From NCBI GenBank assembly GCA_040007095.1, contig JBDTVS010000004.1, positions 16,201-80,200 on the forward strand: DNA of 64,000 nucleotides, in the 5' to 3' direction. The position numbers were made by a program, and so were the translations under genes. The DNA is from Acidobacteriota bacterium (lineage in GTDB: Bacteria > Acidobacteriota > Vicinamibacteria > Vicinamibacterales > CAVVIG01). Below the pieces are notes generated by a model. That model searched no databases. It worked only from the letters and a program-made list of their open reading frames with translations, and was not told where the DNA came from. This document shows, piece by piece, positions 8,732-16,585 of this stretch; position 1 is the stretch's first letter, and every line of letters begins with the position of its first letter.

Positions 8732-9880
8732 ATGGTTCCACGGCGCCGAATGTTGATCGCGATTCTCACGGTGGCTGCCAGCGTGGCGGTGGGGCCGTTG
8801 GTCCCGCTTGCGAGGGCGGCCGACGACCTGCCGTCGCGATTGAGCGACAAAGCGTTCTGGCAGCTGGTCAACGATTTGTCGGAGGCCGGCGGATCGTTTC
8901 GATCCGACAACTTTCTGTCCAACGAAAACGCCTTTCAAACGGTGATTCCGGATCTGAAGGCGATCGTGCCGGCCGGCGGCGTGTACCTTGGCGTCGGTCC
9001 CGAGCAGAACTTCACGTATGTCGTGAACCTGCGGCCGAAGCTCGCTTTTATCGTCGACATCCGGCGCGGGAACCTTCTGGAGCAGCTCCTCTACAAGGCA
9101 TTCGTCGAGATGTCGTCGAGCCGGGCGGAATTCCTGTCGCGTCTCTTCGCCCGCAAGCGGCCCACCGACTTGCCGGCCAATGCGCCGGTGGATGCGCTGT
9201 TCGCGGCGCTCGAGAACGCAGTGCCGAGCGAGGAACTGTTCAAGGAGAATCTCCAGGCGGCCAAGGACAAGCTCCTCAAGGATCACAGGTTCGCGTTGTC
9301 CGACGACGATGTGAAGGGGATCGAGTACGTGTACTCGGCGTTCTTCCAGGGCGGGATCGACGTGAACTATTCGTTCTCACCCAACGGCGGCAGCGGCTTC
9401 GGGGGAGGATTTCCGAGCTACCGCGAACTGATGAGCGAGACCGACGGCCAGGGCCAGAACCGCAGCTATCTGGCGACCGAAGAGAATTTCCGCATCCTGC
9501 GGGAGTATCAGCGGAACAACGCGATTGTTCCGGTGGTGGGCGATTTCGGCGGCGACAAGGCGCTGCGCGCCGTGGGCGACTACCTCCGGCAGCACAATGC
9601 CACGGTGAGCGCGTTCTACACGTCGAACGTCGAGCAGTACTTGTTTCAGGAGGCGTATGCCTGGCGACGCTTCCTGCAGAACGTGGCGACGTTTCCGATC
9701 GACTCGAAGAGTACGTTCATCCGATCGATCTCCAATCGCGGGTTTCCCTTTTCGCAGTTCCGGCGGATCTCTCCGGCGGCTCGCGCCTCCACGGCGCTCT
9801 GTCCGATCAATGAGCTGGTCAAGGCCTTCAACGCGGGTCAGGTTCACCGCTACGAGGACGTAGTGGCGATGTCGAAGTAA
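8732..9880 (+). CDS. Hypothetical exported protein, paralog of 7154..8221
   Basis: ATG 8732 sits 6 nt after AGGAG. Signal peptide MVPRRRMLIAILTVAASVAVGPLVPLARA. Shared blocks are listed under 7154..8221. The pattern G-x-G-P-x-Q-N, then D-I-R-R, then V-V-G-D gives a Rossmann-like look (inference). Confidence 0.75.
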   Translation: MVPRRRMLIAILTVAASVAVGPLVPLARAADDLPSRLSDKAFWQLVNDLSEAGGSFRSDNFLSNENAFQTVIPDLKAIVPAGGVYLGVGPEQNFTYVVNLRPKLAFIVDIRRGNLLEQLLYKAFVEMSSSRAEFLSRLFARKRPTDLPANAPVDALFAALENAVPSEELFKENLQAAKDKLLKDHRFALSDDDVKGIEYVYSAFFQGGIDVNYSFSPNGGSGFGGGFPSYRELMSETDGQGQNRSYLATEENFRILREYQRNNAIVPVVGDFGGDKALRAVGDYLRQHNATVSAFYTSNVEQYLFQEAYAWRRFLQNVATFPIDSKSTFIRSISNRGFPFSQFRRISPAARASTALCPINELVKAFNAGQVHRYEDVVAMSK

Positions 9881-11801
9881 ACCGGCGCGCTCTCTCCAGA
9901 TTGGCGCGCGCCTGCGGGTCGTTCGGCGCGAGCCGCAGCGCTTCCTGGAAATGCGTGATGGCTTCTTCCAGGCGGCCGCTCGACGCCAGCGCTGCTCCCC
10001 AGAGATTGTGGGCCGCCGGATCGGTCGGCGTCAGCTGGACGGCTTCCCTCGCGTACGGCTCTCCGCCCACCCCGTCCCCCTGACGCAAGCGGGTCTCCGC
10101 TTGAACCAGAAGCGTGCGGGCCAGTTGCGCGCGCGCGCCGGGATCGGACGGTGCGATGGAGACGATGGCCCGCCACTCGCGGGCCGCGCCCTCAAGGTCC
10201 TTCTGCCCCGTGAGGGTCTCCCCGAGCAGCGCGTACGCCGGGATGCGGTTGACGTTCGACGGATCGGCCGCGATGAACTCGCGCAGAACCGCCATCCCTT
10301 CCTCGATCTGCCGTTGCAGCACGAGCTCCGTGCCGAGCGCCGCGCGTGCGTCTGGAAAATCGGGCACCGCCTGGCGCAGGATCGCGATCGCCTGCGCATG
10401 CCGGCCGAGATCGATGAGCTCGGTCGCGAGCGCCATCCGGGCGCGGCCGTGCGGAAAGCGATCCACCACCGTCGTCCACAGCGTGACGGGGTCGGCATAT
10501 TCCGCATTGCGAGCCACGGTCCGAATCGCCAGCGCCGCGATCACCATCGTCGTCAACCCGGCTGCGGCGTAGGTCATCGCCGCGCTCGATCGCCGGAGAC
10601 TCAGCGCGTAGCGGCCGCCGACCACCACGAGCGTGGCGAGCGCCGCAAGGGGCAAGTACATGCGACGCTCGGCGCCGACCTCGCTGAGGATTGGCACGAT
10701 GCTCGAAGTCGGCGCCAGGGTCAGGAAGAACGCCGCCGCCAGAAACCCCGCCCGCGGCCAGCGTACGAGCGCCAGGCCGGCGCCGGCCAGCAGCGACATC
10801 ACGACGAGCGCCGCCGGCGCGACGTCTCGTACGGCCAGCGTGCGGGGAAGGCCGTAGTCGAGCACGAGCGCGCCCGGCCACAGACTGAGCGTGAGATACC
10901 GGCCGATCATCTGAAATTGATTCAACAGATAGAGCCACGGTCCGATCGTCAGCGTCGAGCCGACGGTCGATCGTGGCGTCGTCCACGCGAGCGCGGCAAG
11001 GACGATCCACGTCGCGGCCAGACCTGCGTAGAGAGACCGTCGCCGACGCCAGGCCTCGCCAGCCGAGTCGAACTCGAACACCCGGTCGTAGAGCGCAACG
11101 ACGATCGGCGCGACGACCATCGATTCCTTTGAAGCCATCCCGCACGCGCACGCCGCGATCGACAGCGCTTGCCATTTCGTGCTCTCGCGGCCCGCACGGC
11201 CGCGGCCGCCGATCTCGACCTGCGCCCTGGCACGCATCGCGCAGAACATTGTCAGCAGGAAGAAGAAGGCCATCAGGGATTCGCTGCGCTGCGTGACGTA
11301 GTCGACGACTTCGCTGGTCAGCGGATGCACCAGCCAGACCAGCGCGGCGGCCGCGGCGGTGCTGTTTGCCGTGGTGCGAAATCCAACCGGCATCCGGGAA
11401 TTGGCCAGCGTCGAGCCGACGATGGCGAAGAGCAGGAGGGCGCAGGCGATGTGAATCGCGATGTTGACGGCGTGGTACGACGGTTGTGCGAGACCGCCGA
11501 AGGCGTAGTTGAATGCAAACGACAGGTTGACGAGGGGACGGCCCGCCACCGGGGTTTCCCGCGGAGGTGCGAGCGGTTCCGATACAGGCCAGAGGTGCTG
11601 GATCGTCTTATTCGTGACGATGGCGGTCTGGTCGTCCCAAACAAACGGCGCGTTGAGGCTGTTCCAGTAGGTGGCGACGCCAACGACGACGATAAGCAAC
11701 GCCAGAAGCGCGCGAAACCTCGAACCGGGGTCAGCGGCAGGGGCAGTCGGGGCTGCCGACCGGCGCCGACCGGACGCGCGAGTTGGGCTCATCGCGGCCA
11801 T
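9828..11801 (-). CDS. Polytopic membrane protein (GT-C/PMT-like N-terminal domain) with C-terminal TPR repeats
   Basis: Track ORF 9828..11849 trimmed to ATG 11801 (or 11792), because 11805 onward is a repeat element. N-terminal part: YWNSLNAPFVWDDQTAIVTN plus many TM helices. C-terminal TPRs include EAITHFQEALRLAPNDPQARANLERA. The 3' end overlaps the convergent gene by 53 nt. Confidence 0.85.
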   Translation of the reverse strand: MAAMSPTRASGRRRSAAPTAPAADPGSRFRALLALLIVVVGVATYWNSLNAPFVWDDQTAIVTNKTIQHLWPVSEPLAPPRETPVAGRPLVNLSFAFNYAFGGLAQPSYHAVNIAIHIACALLLFAIVGSTLANSRMPVGFRTTANSTAAAAALVWLVHPLTSEVVDYVTQRSESLMAFFFLLTMFCAMRARAQVEIGGRGRAGRESTKWQALSIAACACGMASKESMVVAPIVVALYDRVFEFDSAGEAWRRRRSLYAGLAATWIVLAALAWTTPRSTVGSTLTIGPWLYLLNQFQMIGRYLTLSLWPGALVLDYGLPRTLAVRDVAPAALVVMSLLAGAGLALVRWPRAGFLAAAFFLTLAPTSSIVPILSEVGAERRMYLPLAALATLVVVGGRYALSLRRSSAAMTYAAAGLTTMVIAALAIRTVARNAEYADPVTLWTTVVDRFPHGRARMALATELIDLGRHAQAIAILRQAVPDFPDARAALGTELVLQRQIEEGMAVLREFIAADPSNVNRIPAYALLGETLTGQKDLEGAAREWRAIVSIAPSDPGARAQLARTLLVQAETRLRQGDGVGGEPYAREAVQLTPTDPAAHNLWGAALASSGRLEEAITHFQEALRLAPNDPQARANLERARRFTSTSPLRPRSGEPDPR

Positions 11802-11804
11802 CTT

Positions 11805-11964
11805 AGGACCCGTGGATGAATAACGTGCGCATTCTGGTCGCCGATGCATCCCGCCGGGCTGCGTTGCTCGTCACTTGCATACGCCCGGTATGCGCGCTCC
11901 TCGCGCCTTGCCGGGCGGGCGCCTCGACGCCCAGAATGGCACACGTTATTCATCTACGGGTCCT
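11805..11964 (+). repeat. Hairpin element family 1, copy A (160 bp)
   Basis: Long imperfect palindrome AGGACCCGTGGATGAATAACGTGCGCATTCTGG...CCAGAATGGCACACGTTATTCATCTACGGGTCCT enclosing a conserved core at 11843..11933. It differs from copy D at 3 of 160 positions. Confidence 0.9.
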
Positions 11965-12149
11965 TAGTGTCGTTTGGCCGGAACTTGTCGGTCGCGGTTT
12001 CGGGGCGGGCGGCCGGAGCGCAAGGCGCGGGGCTGGCTCACCGCTCTCGAAAGGGAAAGAATTTATGGAACTCGGGCGGTGGGGGACTGGAGGAAGCGAA
12101 GGGGAGATGCCAGGGAGCGGTTGTTCCACTCCCTGGCATTCGTCGGTCG

Positions 12150-12539
12150 TCAGTCGAACGTGCCGCCCCACTTCCAGCCGTCGGACGGACGAGTAATCGT
12201 CTTCATCCGCAGTCTGTGGTCGGCGGGATTACGGCCGGGGTTGCCGGTGACGATGACATGATCGCCGGGGTGGAGTGTCTCTCGCGTAACGCCCTGACGA
12301 TTCAGCTGTCCGCCCGCACCCCACTCGACCGCGTAGCGCTGGACGGCGCCTTCCTTGTCCTTGGCCTCGACGTGCACGAAGGAGTGCGGATTTCGGAAGA
12401 GGAACTGGACGAGATTGCCCTCGATCGACTCCGTTTGGTCCTCGAAGTAGGTGGCTGCGAACGAATGGTGCGCCTGCACGCGGGCGCTGGCCACCAGCGC
12501 CACTCCTACGCCGAGCAGTACGAACAACGCGCGTTTCAT
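12150..12539 (-). CDS. DUF6152-like small exported protein
   Basis: Track ORF trimmed to ATG 12539, which follows GGAGGA. Signal peptide MKRALFVLLGVGVALVASARVQA, then AHHSFAATYFEDQ. Paralog of 51197..51619 (AHHSFAAEYDGAK). Confidence 0.8.
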   Translation of the reverse strand: MKRALFVLLGVGVALVASARVQAHHSFAATYFEDQTESIEGNLVQFLFRNPHSFVHVEAKDKEGAVQRYAVEWGAGGQLNRQGVTRETLHPGDHVIVTGNPGRNPADHRLRMKTITRPSDGWKWGGTFD

Positions 12540-12905
12540 GTGTCTATCCTCCTGACCGACGGTTTGAGTGTGCGTCCCAGGCAATCTGCTGTTTCGCGAC
12601 CCTTCACGCAGCAGTCTACAGTACGACGACGGACTTCATATCTTAAGAGTTTCTGAATTCATCGTCAGGTTCGCATTGGCCGCCGGGACGCCATAGGTTT
12701 GATGCTGCCAGAGTATAGCGGATGCCGGTCATTCGCCGCCGCTGCAGTTCTCTGAGATACGCGCTTCGCCGATTGGTTCGCCAACGGGTTTCGCGCCAGT
12801 TCCTCGGCGGTTGAGTCGAGGCGCTCCCATTAATCCTATGAATCCAAGCGTACCTGATCCATAAAGAAATTCTAAAGAATTGGCGGCCGTGCGTGACCGT
12901 TGGCT

Positions 12906-13796
12906 CTACCGCAGGTTCTTGTTGAACAGGTCGAGCGTGCGCGTCCACGCGAGCTTGGCCGCGGCTTCGTCGTAGCGCGGGGTCGTGTCGTTGTGGAAAC
13001 CGTGCTGGGCACCCTCGTACATGTACACGTTGTAGGTTTTGTTGTTCGACTTGAGTGCGGCCTCGAACGCCGGGATTCCTGCGTCCACACCCTGGTCGTT
13101 GCCGGCGTAGTGAAGCGCGAGCGGCGCCTTGATCTTGGCGGTGTCCTCGGCGCTCGGCTGACGGCCGTAGAACGGCGCGCCTGCGCCGAGGTCGGAACCG
13201 AGTCGCACGGCCAGTTGGTTCACAATCCCGCCGCCGAAGCAGAAGCCGACCGCACCCAGCTTGCCGTTCGACTCGGGGCGCGCCTTCACCCACTTCGCGG
13301 CGGCGACGAAGTCTTCGGTCATCTTCGGGCCGTTCACTTCCCGGAACTTCGCGGCGCCTTTTTCATCGTCTCCGGGGTAACCGCCGACCGACGTCAGACC
13401 GTCGGGCGCGTACGCGATGAAGTTGGCAATCGCAAATCGGCGCGCGACATCTTCGATGTACGGATTGAGGCCGCGGTTCTCGTGAATCACGAGGACTGCC
13501 GGCAGCTTGCCGCTCGCGCTGGCCGGCCGGGCGAAGTAACCCTTGATCGAGCCGTTTCCCTCAGGCGATTGGACCGTTTCGTAGCCGACCGTGATGCGCT
13601 TGTCGTCCTTCGGGACCTGCTCGGCCCAGGCGTAATTCGGCTTGAGGCTCTCCCACAGCGCCAGGGTCGTGATGCCGCCGACGGCGAACCTCTTCGCGCG
13701 ATCGAGAAAGTCGCGCCGGGTGATGTCGCCGTGCTGGTACTCATGAAACAGATCCAATAGTTCCTGCGGGTAGTCAGAGGCTTTCTTTCGTTCCAT
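12906..13796 (-). CDS. Dienelactone hydrolase family protein (Tat-type signal region)
   Basis: Trimmed to ATG 13796, which follows AAGGAG. ITRRDFLDRAKRFAVGGITTLAL looks like a Tat signal. Alpha/beta hydrolase blocks: VLVIHENRGLNPYIEDVARR, GAVGFCFGGG, HGFHNDTTPRYD. Confidence 0.9.
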   Translation of the reverse strand: MERKKASDYPQELLDLFHEYQHGDITRRDFLDRAKRFAVGGITTLALWESLKPNYAWAEQVPKDDKRITVGYETVQSPEGNGSIKGYFARPASASGKLPAVLVIHENRGLNPYIEDVARRFAIANFIAYAPDGLTSVGGYPGDDEKGAAKFREVNGPKMTEDFVAAAKWVKARPESNGKLGAVGFCFGGGIVNQLAVRLGSDLGAGAPFYGRQPSAEDTAKIKAPLALHYAGNDQGVDAGIPAFEAALKSNNKTYNVYMYEGAQHGFHNDTTPRYDEAAAKLAWTRTLDLFNKNLR

Positions 13797-13813
13797 GGAA
13801 CATCTCCTTGTCG

Positions 13814-13920
13814 AATCACGAAGAGCTTTTTTGAACCACAAAGGTCACGACGTTCACGCGAACCACAACGGTGACGAAGATCACAAGAACCACAACGATC
13901 ACGAAGGTCACAAAGAAGCC
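13814..13920. repeat. CAC-periodic repeat family 2, copy a
   Basis: GAACCACAAAGGTCACGACGTTCACGCGAACCACAACGGTGACGAAGATCACAAGAACCACAACGATCACGAAGGTCACAAAGAAG, with CAC recurring every 6-9 nt. It lies between the PQQ dehydrogenase stop and the dienelactone hydrolase start. Confidence 0.75.
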
Positions 13921-13930
13921 CGTGATTGGC

Positions 13931-15706
13931 CTACTGCTTCAGCGCGAATGCGAACAGCGCGTTCCCGGCGGCGATGGTCACATACTGCTTGCCGTTGACG
14001 GAGTAACTCATCGGGCCGCTGTTGATTTGACCGCCGAGCGCCGCTTTCCAGAGCAGCGCGCCGGTGCGTGCGTCGAGGGCGAAAAAATATCCTTCCTTGC
14101 CGCCGCTGAAGACCAGATCCGACGCCGTCGTGAGCACGCCGCCCCACGTGATGTCGTTCATCTTGAATTCCCATTTTTTCTCGAGCGTCTTCGGGTCGAG
14201 CGCGCGGACGACACCGAAACCGTCCTCGTCTTTCTTGAGGTTGGGCGTGAGCGTGGCCTGACCCATTGGGGTGCCGCCGGTACCGGCCACTCCGGCGCCG
14301 CGCGGAAACTGTCCTTCGACGGCCATCGTGCCGGTGTTTTCCCACGCCGACACGTAGAAGAGCCCGGTTCTCGGGCTGTAGGCGGGCGGTGCCCAGTTGG
14401 TCGCGCCGAGCACGGTCGGCATGATCAGCTCGCCGTCCCTGGTCGGAACCTTCCCGGGGACGCGCTGCGGTCTCCCGTTCTTGTCGAATCCCTCCATCCA
14501 GTTCACGCGGACGTAGGGTTTGCCCAGCAGGAACTCGCCCGTCACGCGGTCCAGGACATAGGCGAGGCCGTTGCGATTGGCCCACAACATCACTTTCCTG
14601 GGACGTCCCTGCCACTCCATGTCGACGAGAATTGGCACCTGCGTCGAGCCGTAGTCGACCTCGTCGTGGGGCGTGAACTGATAATGCCACTTCAGCGTGC
14701 CGGTGTCGGCGTCCAGCGCCACGACGCTGTCGCTATAGAGGTTGTCGCCGAGGCGCGAACGGCCGTCCCAATCAGGGGCGGGATTGCCGGTGCCGAAATA
14801 GACGAGGTTCGCCTCTGCATCGTACGCACCGCTGTTCCAGACGCCGGCGCCGCCTGTCTTCCAGGAATCGCCGGACCATGTGTCGTTGCCTTTTTCGCCG
14901 GCGCCTGGAATCGTGTAGAACCGCCACACCTCCTTGCCGGTCCTGGCGTCGAAGGCGGCAATATAGCCCCGCACGCCCAGATCGCCGCCGGCGAGCCCGA
15001 CGACGATCTTGTCCTTGACGACGGTCGGGGCGTGCGTGATCGCGTACTTCTCAGTGGCTTTCTCGCCCAGCTTGGCGGCTTCGATGTCCCAGACGACTTT
15101 GCCGGTCTTGGCGTCGATCGCGACGAGGTGCGCGTCGATCGTGCCCATGTACAGCGTGTCGCCGAGGATGGCCAGGCCCCGGCTGACGCGGCCGCAGCAC
15201 GGCCGCGCCTCGAGCGCGGGCTTGTATTCGAGCGTCCAGAACGGCCGGCCGGTCGCGGCGTCGAGCGCGACGACCTGATACGTTCCTTGCACCGGTGGAC
15301 CCTGCAGGGTGTACAGGACGCCGTCCACTGCGAGCGCGGTGGCTTCGAATTTCTCGAGCGACTTGGCCTGCCATACCCACTGCAATTCGAGGTTCTTCAC
15401 GTTGGCGGGCGTCACCTGCGTGAGCAGACTGTGCCGCTGGTTGAAGACCGTGCCCGAGTACGAGAGCCAGTTCTGCGGCTCGCGCTCCGCACGAAGCAGG
15501 CGATCGAAGCCGACCTGCTGCGCGAACAACGGAACCACGAAGAGCCAGAATACTGGAACCACCAAGGTCACAAAGGACACAAAGAAAACCACGGATCTGC
15601 CCGACTGTCTTCTTCGTGATCTTAGTGAGCTTTGTGGTTCAAGAAATCGTGCCGGTGCGCCCGGATGTCGCGGGCTTGGTGGTTCGGATGATCGTTGCAG
15701 TTTCAT
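13931..15706 (-). CDS. PQQ-dependent dehydrogenase, methanol/ethanol (alcohol dehydrogenase) family
   Basis: 591 aa in the track. Vicinal Cys pair in EARPCCGRVSRGLAILGD, as in alcohol-type quinoproteins, plus beta-propeller blocks throughout. The N-terminus is uncertain. Residues 39-64 (VVFFVSFVTLVVPVFWLFVVPLFAQQ) are encoded by repeat family 2, with an alternative GTG at 15592. Confidence 0.9.
   Translation of the reverse strand: MKLQRSSEPPSPRHPGAPARFLEPQSSLRSRRRQSGRSVVFFVSFVTLVVPVFWLFVVPLFAQQVGFDRLLRAEREPQNWLSYSGTVFNQRHSLLTQVTPANVKNLELQWVWQAKSLEKFEATALAVDGVLYTLQGPPVQGTYQVVALDAATGRPFWTLEYKPALEARPCCGRVSRGLAILGDTLYMGTIDAHLVAIDAKTGKVVWDIEAAKLGEKATEKYAITHAPTVVKDKIVVGLAGGDLGVRGYIAAFDARTGKEVWRFYTIPGAGEKGNDTWSGDSWKTGGAGVWNSGAYDAEANLVYFGTGNPAPDWDGRSRLGDNLYSDSVVALDADTGTLKWHYQFTPHDEVDYGSTQVPILVDMEWQGRPRKVMLWANRNGLAYVLDRVTGEFLLGKPYVRVNWMEGFDKNGRPQRVPGKVPTRDGELIMPTVLGATNWAPPAYSPRTGLFYVSAWENTGTMAVEGQFPRGAGVAGTGGTPMGQATLTPNLKKDEDGFGVVRALDPKTLEKKWEFKMNDITWGGVLTTASDLVFSGGKEGYFFALDARTGALLWKAALGGQINSGPMSYSVNGKQYVTIAAGNALFAFALKQ
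15531..15640. repeat. CAC-periodic repeat family 2, copy b (imperfect hairpin)
   Basis: Left arm GAACCACCAAGGTCACAAAGGACACAAAGAA pairs with right arm CTTCTTCGTGATCTTAGTGAGCTTTGTGGTTC. A further GGTGGTTCGGATGA motif at about 15678 resembles the end of copy c. Confidence 0.75.
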
Positions 15707-15776
15707 TGGCGGTTCAAACCTGTCTGCGTCGCGTTCCCCGTGACGGGTGGTTCACCTCTTCCGGTGAACATCGTGG

Positions 15777-16562
15777 TCATGGGGTCGCCTTGCTCTTCAA
15801 CGACACGAGATAACCCACGACGTCGGCAAGTTCCTGTGCGCTCAACCGGTCTTTGAACGACGGCATCGGCGACTTCTCGACGAATCCATGATCGCGAACC
15901 TCCGACTTCACGAACGACCGCAGCTGCTCCTTCGAATCCAGGAGTTGCACCTTGAAGGTGTCCAGATTCAGCAGCCGACCGGTCGTGGTCATTCCGTCTT
16001 TGGTCGTGACGCGGTAGAAGCGATTGTTGCCGAGGACTTCCGCGTCCGGGTCGCGGAGCGACGTCTCCAGGTCGGCGGCTTTGCGCAGCTGGCCGACATT
16101 GGTCAGGTCGGGTCCCAATCGCGAGCCGTTGCCGTTCACGCGATGACACGTCGCGCATGTGCCTTTGCCATCAAACAGCGCCTTCCCGCGCACCGCGTCG
16201 CCGCTCGACGATACGCTCCGCCTCGAGGCGGCGACCGATCTGAGATAGGCAACGACGCGCGCGGCCTGCTCTTCTGAAAAGTTGCTGGCCGGCATCGGCG
16301 TGCCCGGAATGCCGCTTCTGATGATCTGGATCAGATCCTGATCCGACATCGTGCGGCGGAACTGGCCGCGTCCGAGGTCGATGCCGGCGATCTGATCGCC
16401 GTCCGGTCCGTGGCAGTTCGCGCACGTATTGCCGAAGACACGGCCACCATCCTCGATGTCGGCCGCGGTCTCGTGCTGAGCGAAAAGCGATGCGCCCTCG
16501 CACGCCACGGCGAGCGTCATCGCCAACGCGACAGCCGACATGTTCTTCCGCATGCTCGGCAT
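15777..16562 (-). CDS. Dihaem c-type cytochrome
   Basis: Two CxxCH sites (CANCHGPDG, CATCHRVNG). Signal peptide MRKNMSAVALAMTLAVACEGASLFAQ. Track ORF trimmed to ATG 16562 (alternatives 16553, 16541) because the upstream gene ends at 16586. Confidence 0.85.
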   Translation of the reverse strand: MPSMRKNMSAVALAMTLAVACEGASLFAQHETAADIEDGGRVFGNTCANCHGPDGDQIAGIDLGRGQFRRTMSDQDLIQIIRSGIPGTPMPASNFSEEQAARVVAYLRSVAASRRSVSSSGDAVRGKALFDGKGTCATCHRVNGNGSRLGPDLTNVGQLRKAADLETSLRDPDAEVLGNNRFYRVTTKDGMTTTGRLLNLDTFKVQLLDSKEQLRSFVKSEVRDHGFVEKSPMPSFKDRLSAQELADVVGYLVSLKSKATP

Positions 16563-16585
16563 CTTAGTGGCGGGAGCGGCCGAGA

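Noticed and set aside
9828-9880. 53-nt convergent overlap between 8732..9880 and the TPR gene
   Set aside because: It is probably real but unremarkable. The last ~17 residues of the TPR protein (after ANLERARR) look like unstructured read-through to the first available stop.
9951-11132. Long antisense ORFs opposite real genes (also 13871..15619, 26826..27908, 29069..30247, 43698..45416, 47481..49115, 53319..54161 and others)
   Set aside because: No domain content and extreme Arg/Gly/Asp/His composition. Each lies opposite a gene with clear family motifs.
11844-12656. Small ORFs starting MHPAGLRCSSLAY... found in each copy of hairpin element family 1 (also within 34441..34713, 35661..35849, 47130..47336)
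   Set aside because: The shared peptide is only the translation of the conserved core. The reading frame is not maintained in copy C beyond about 10 residues. There is no ribosome-binding site. Conservation follows base-pairing, not codons.
12585-12905. AT-richer 320-bp gap between the DUF6152-like gene and the dienelactone hydrolase gene, possibly a decayed gene or small RNA
   Set aside because: All six frames are interrupted or give no recognisable peptide. I saw no repeat or hairpin and have no way to test homology here. It is left unannotated.
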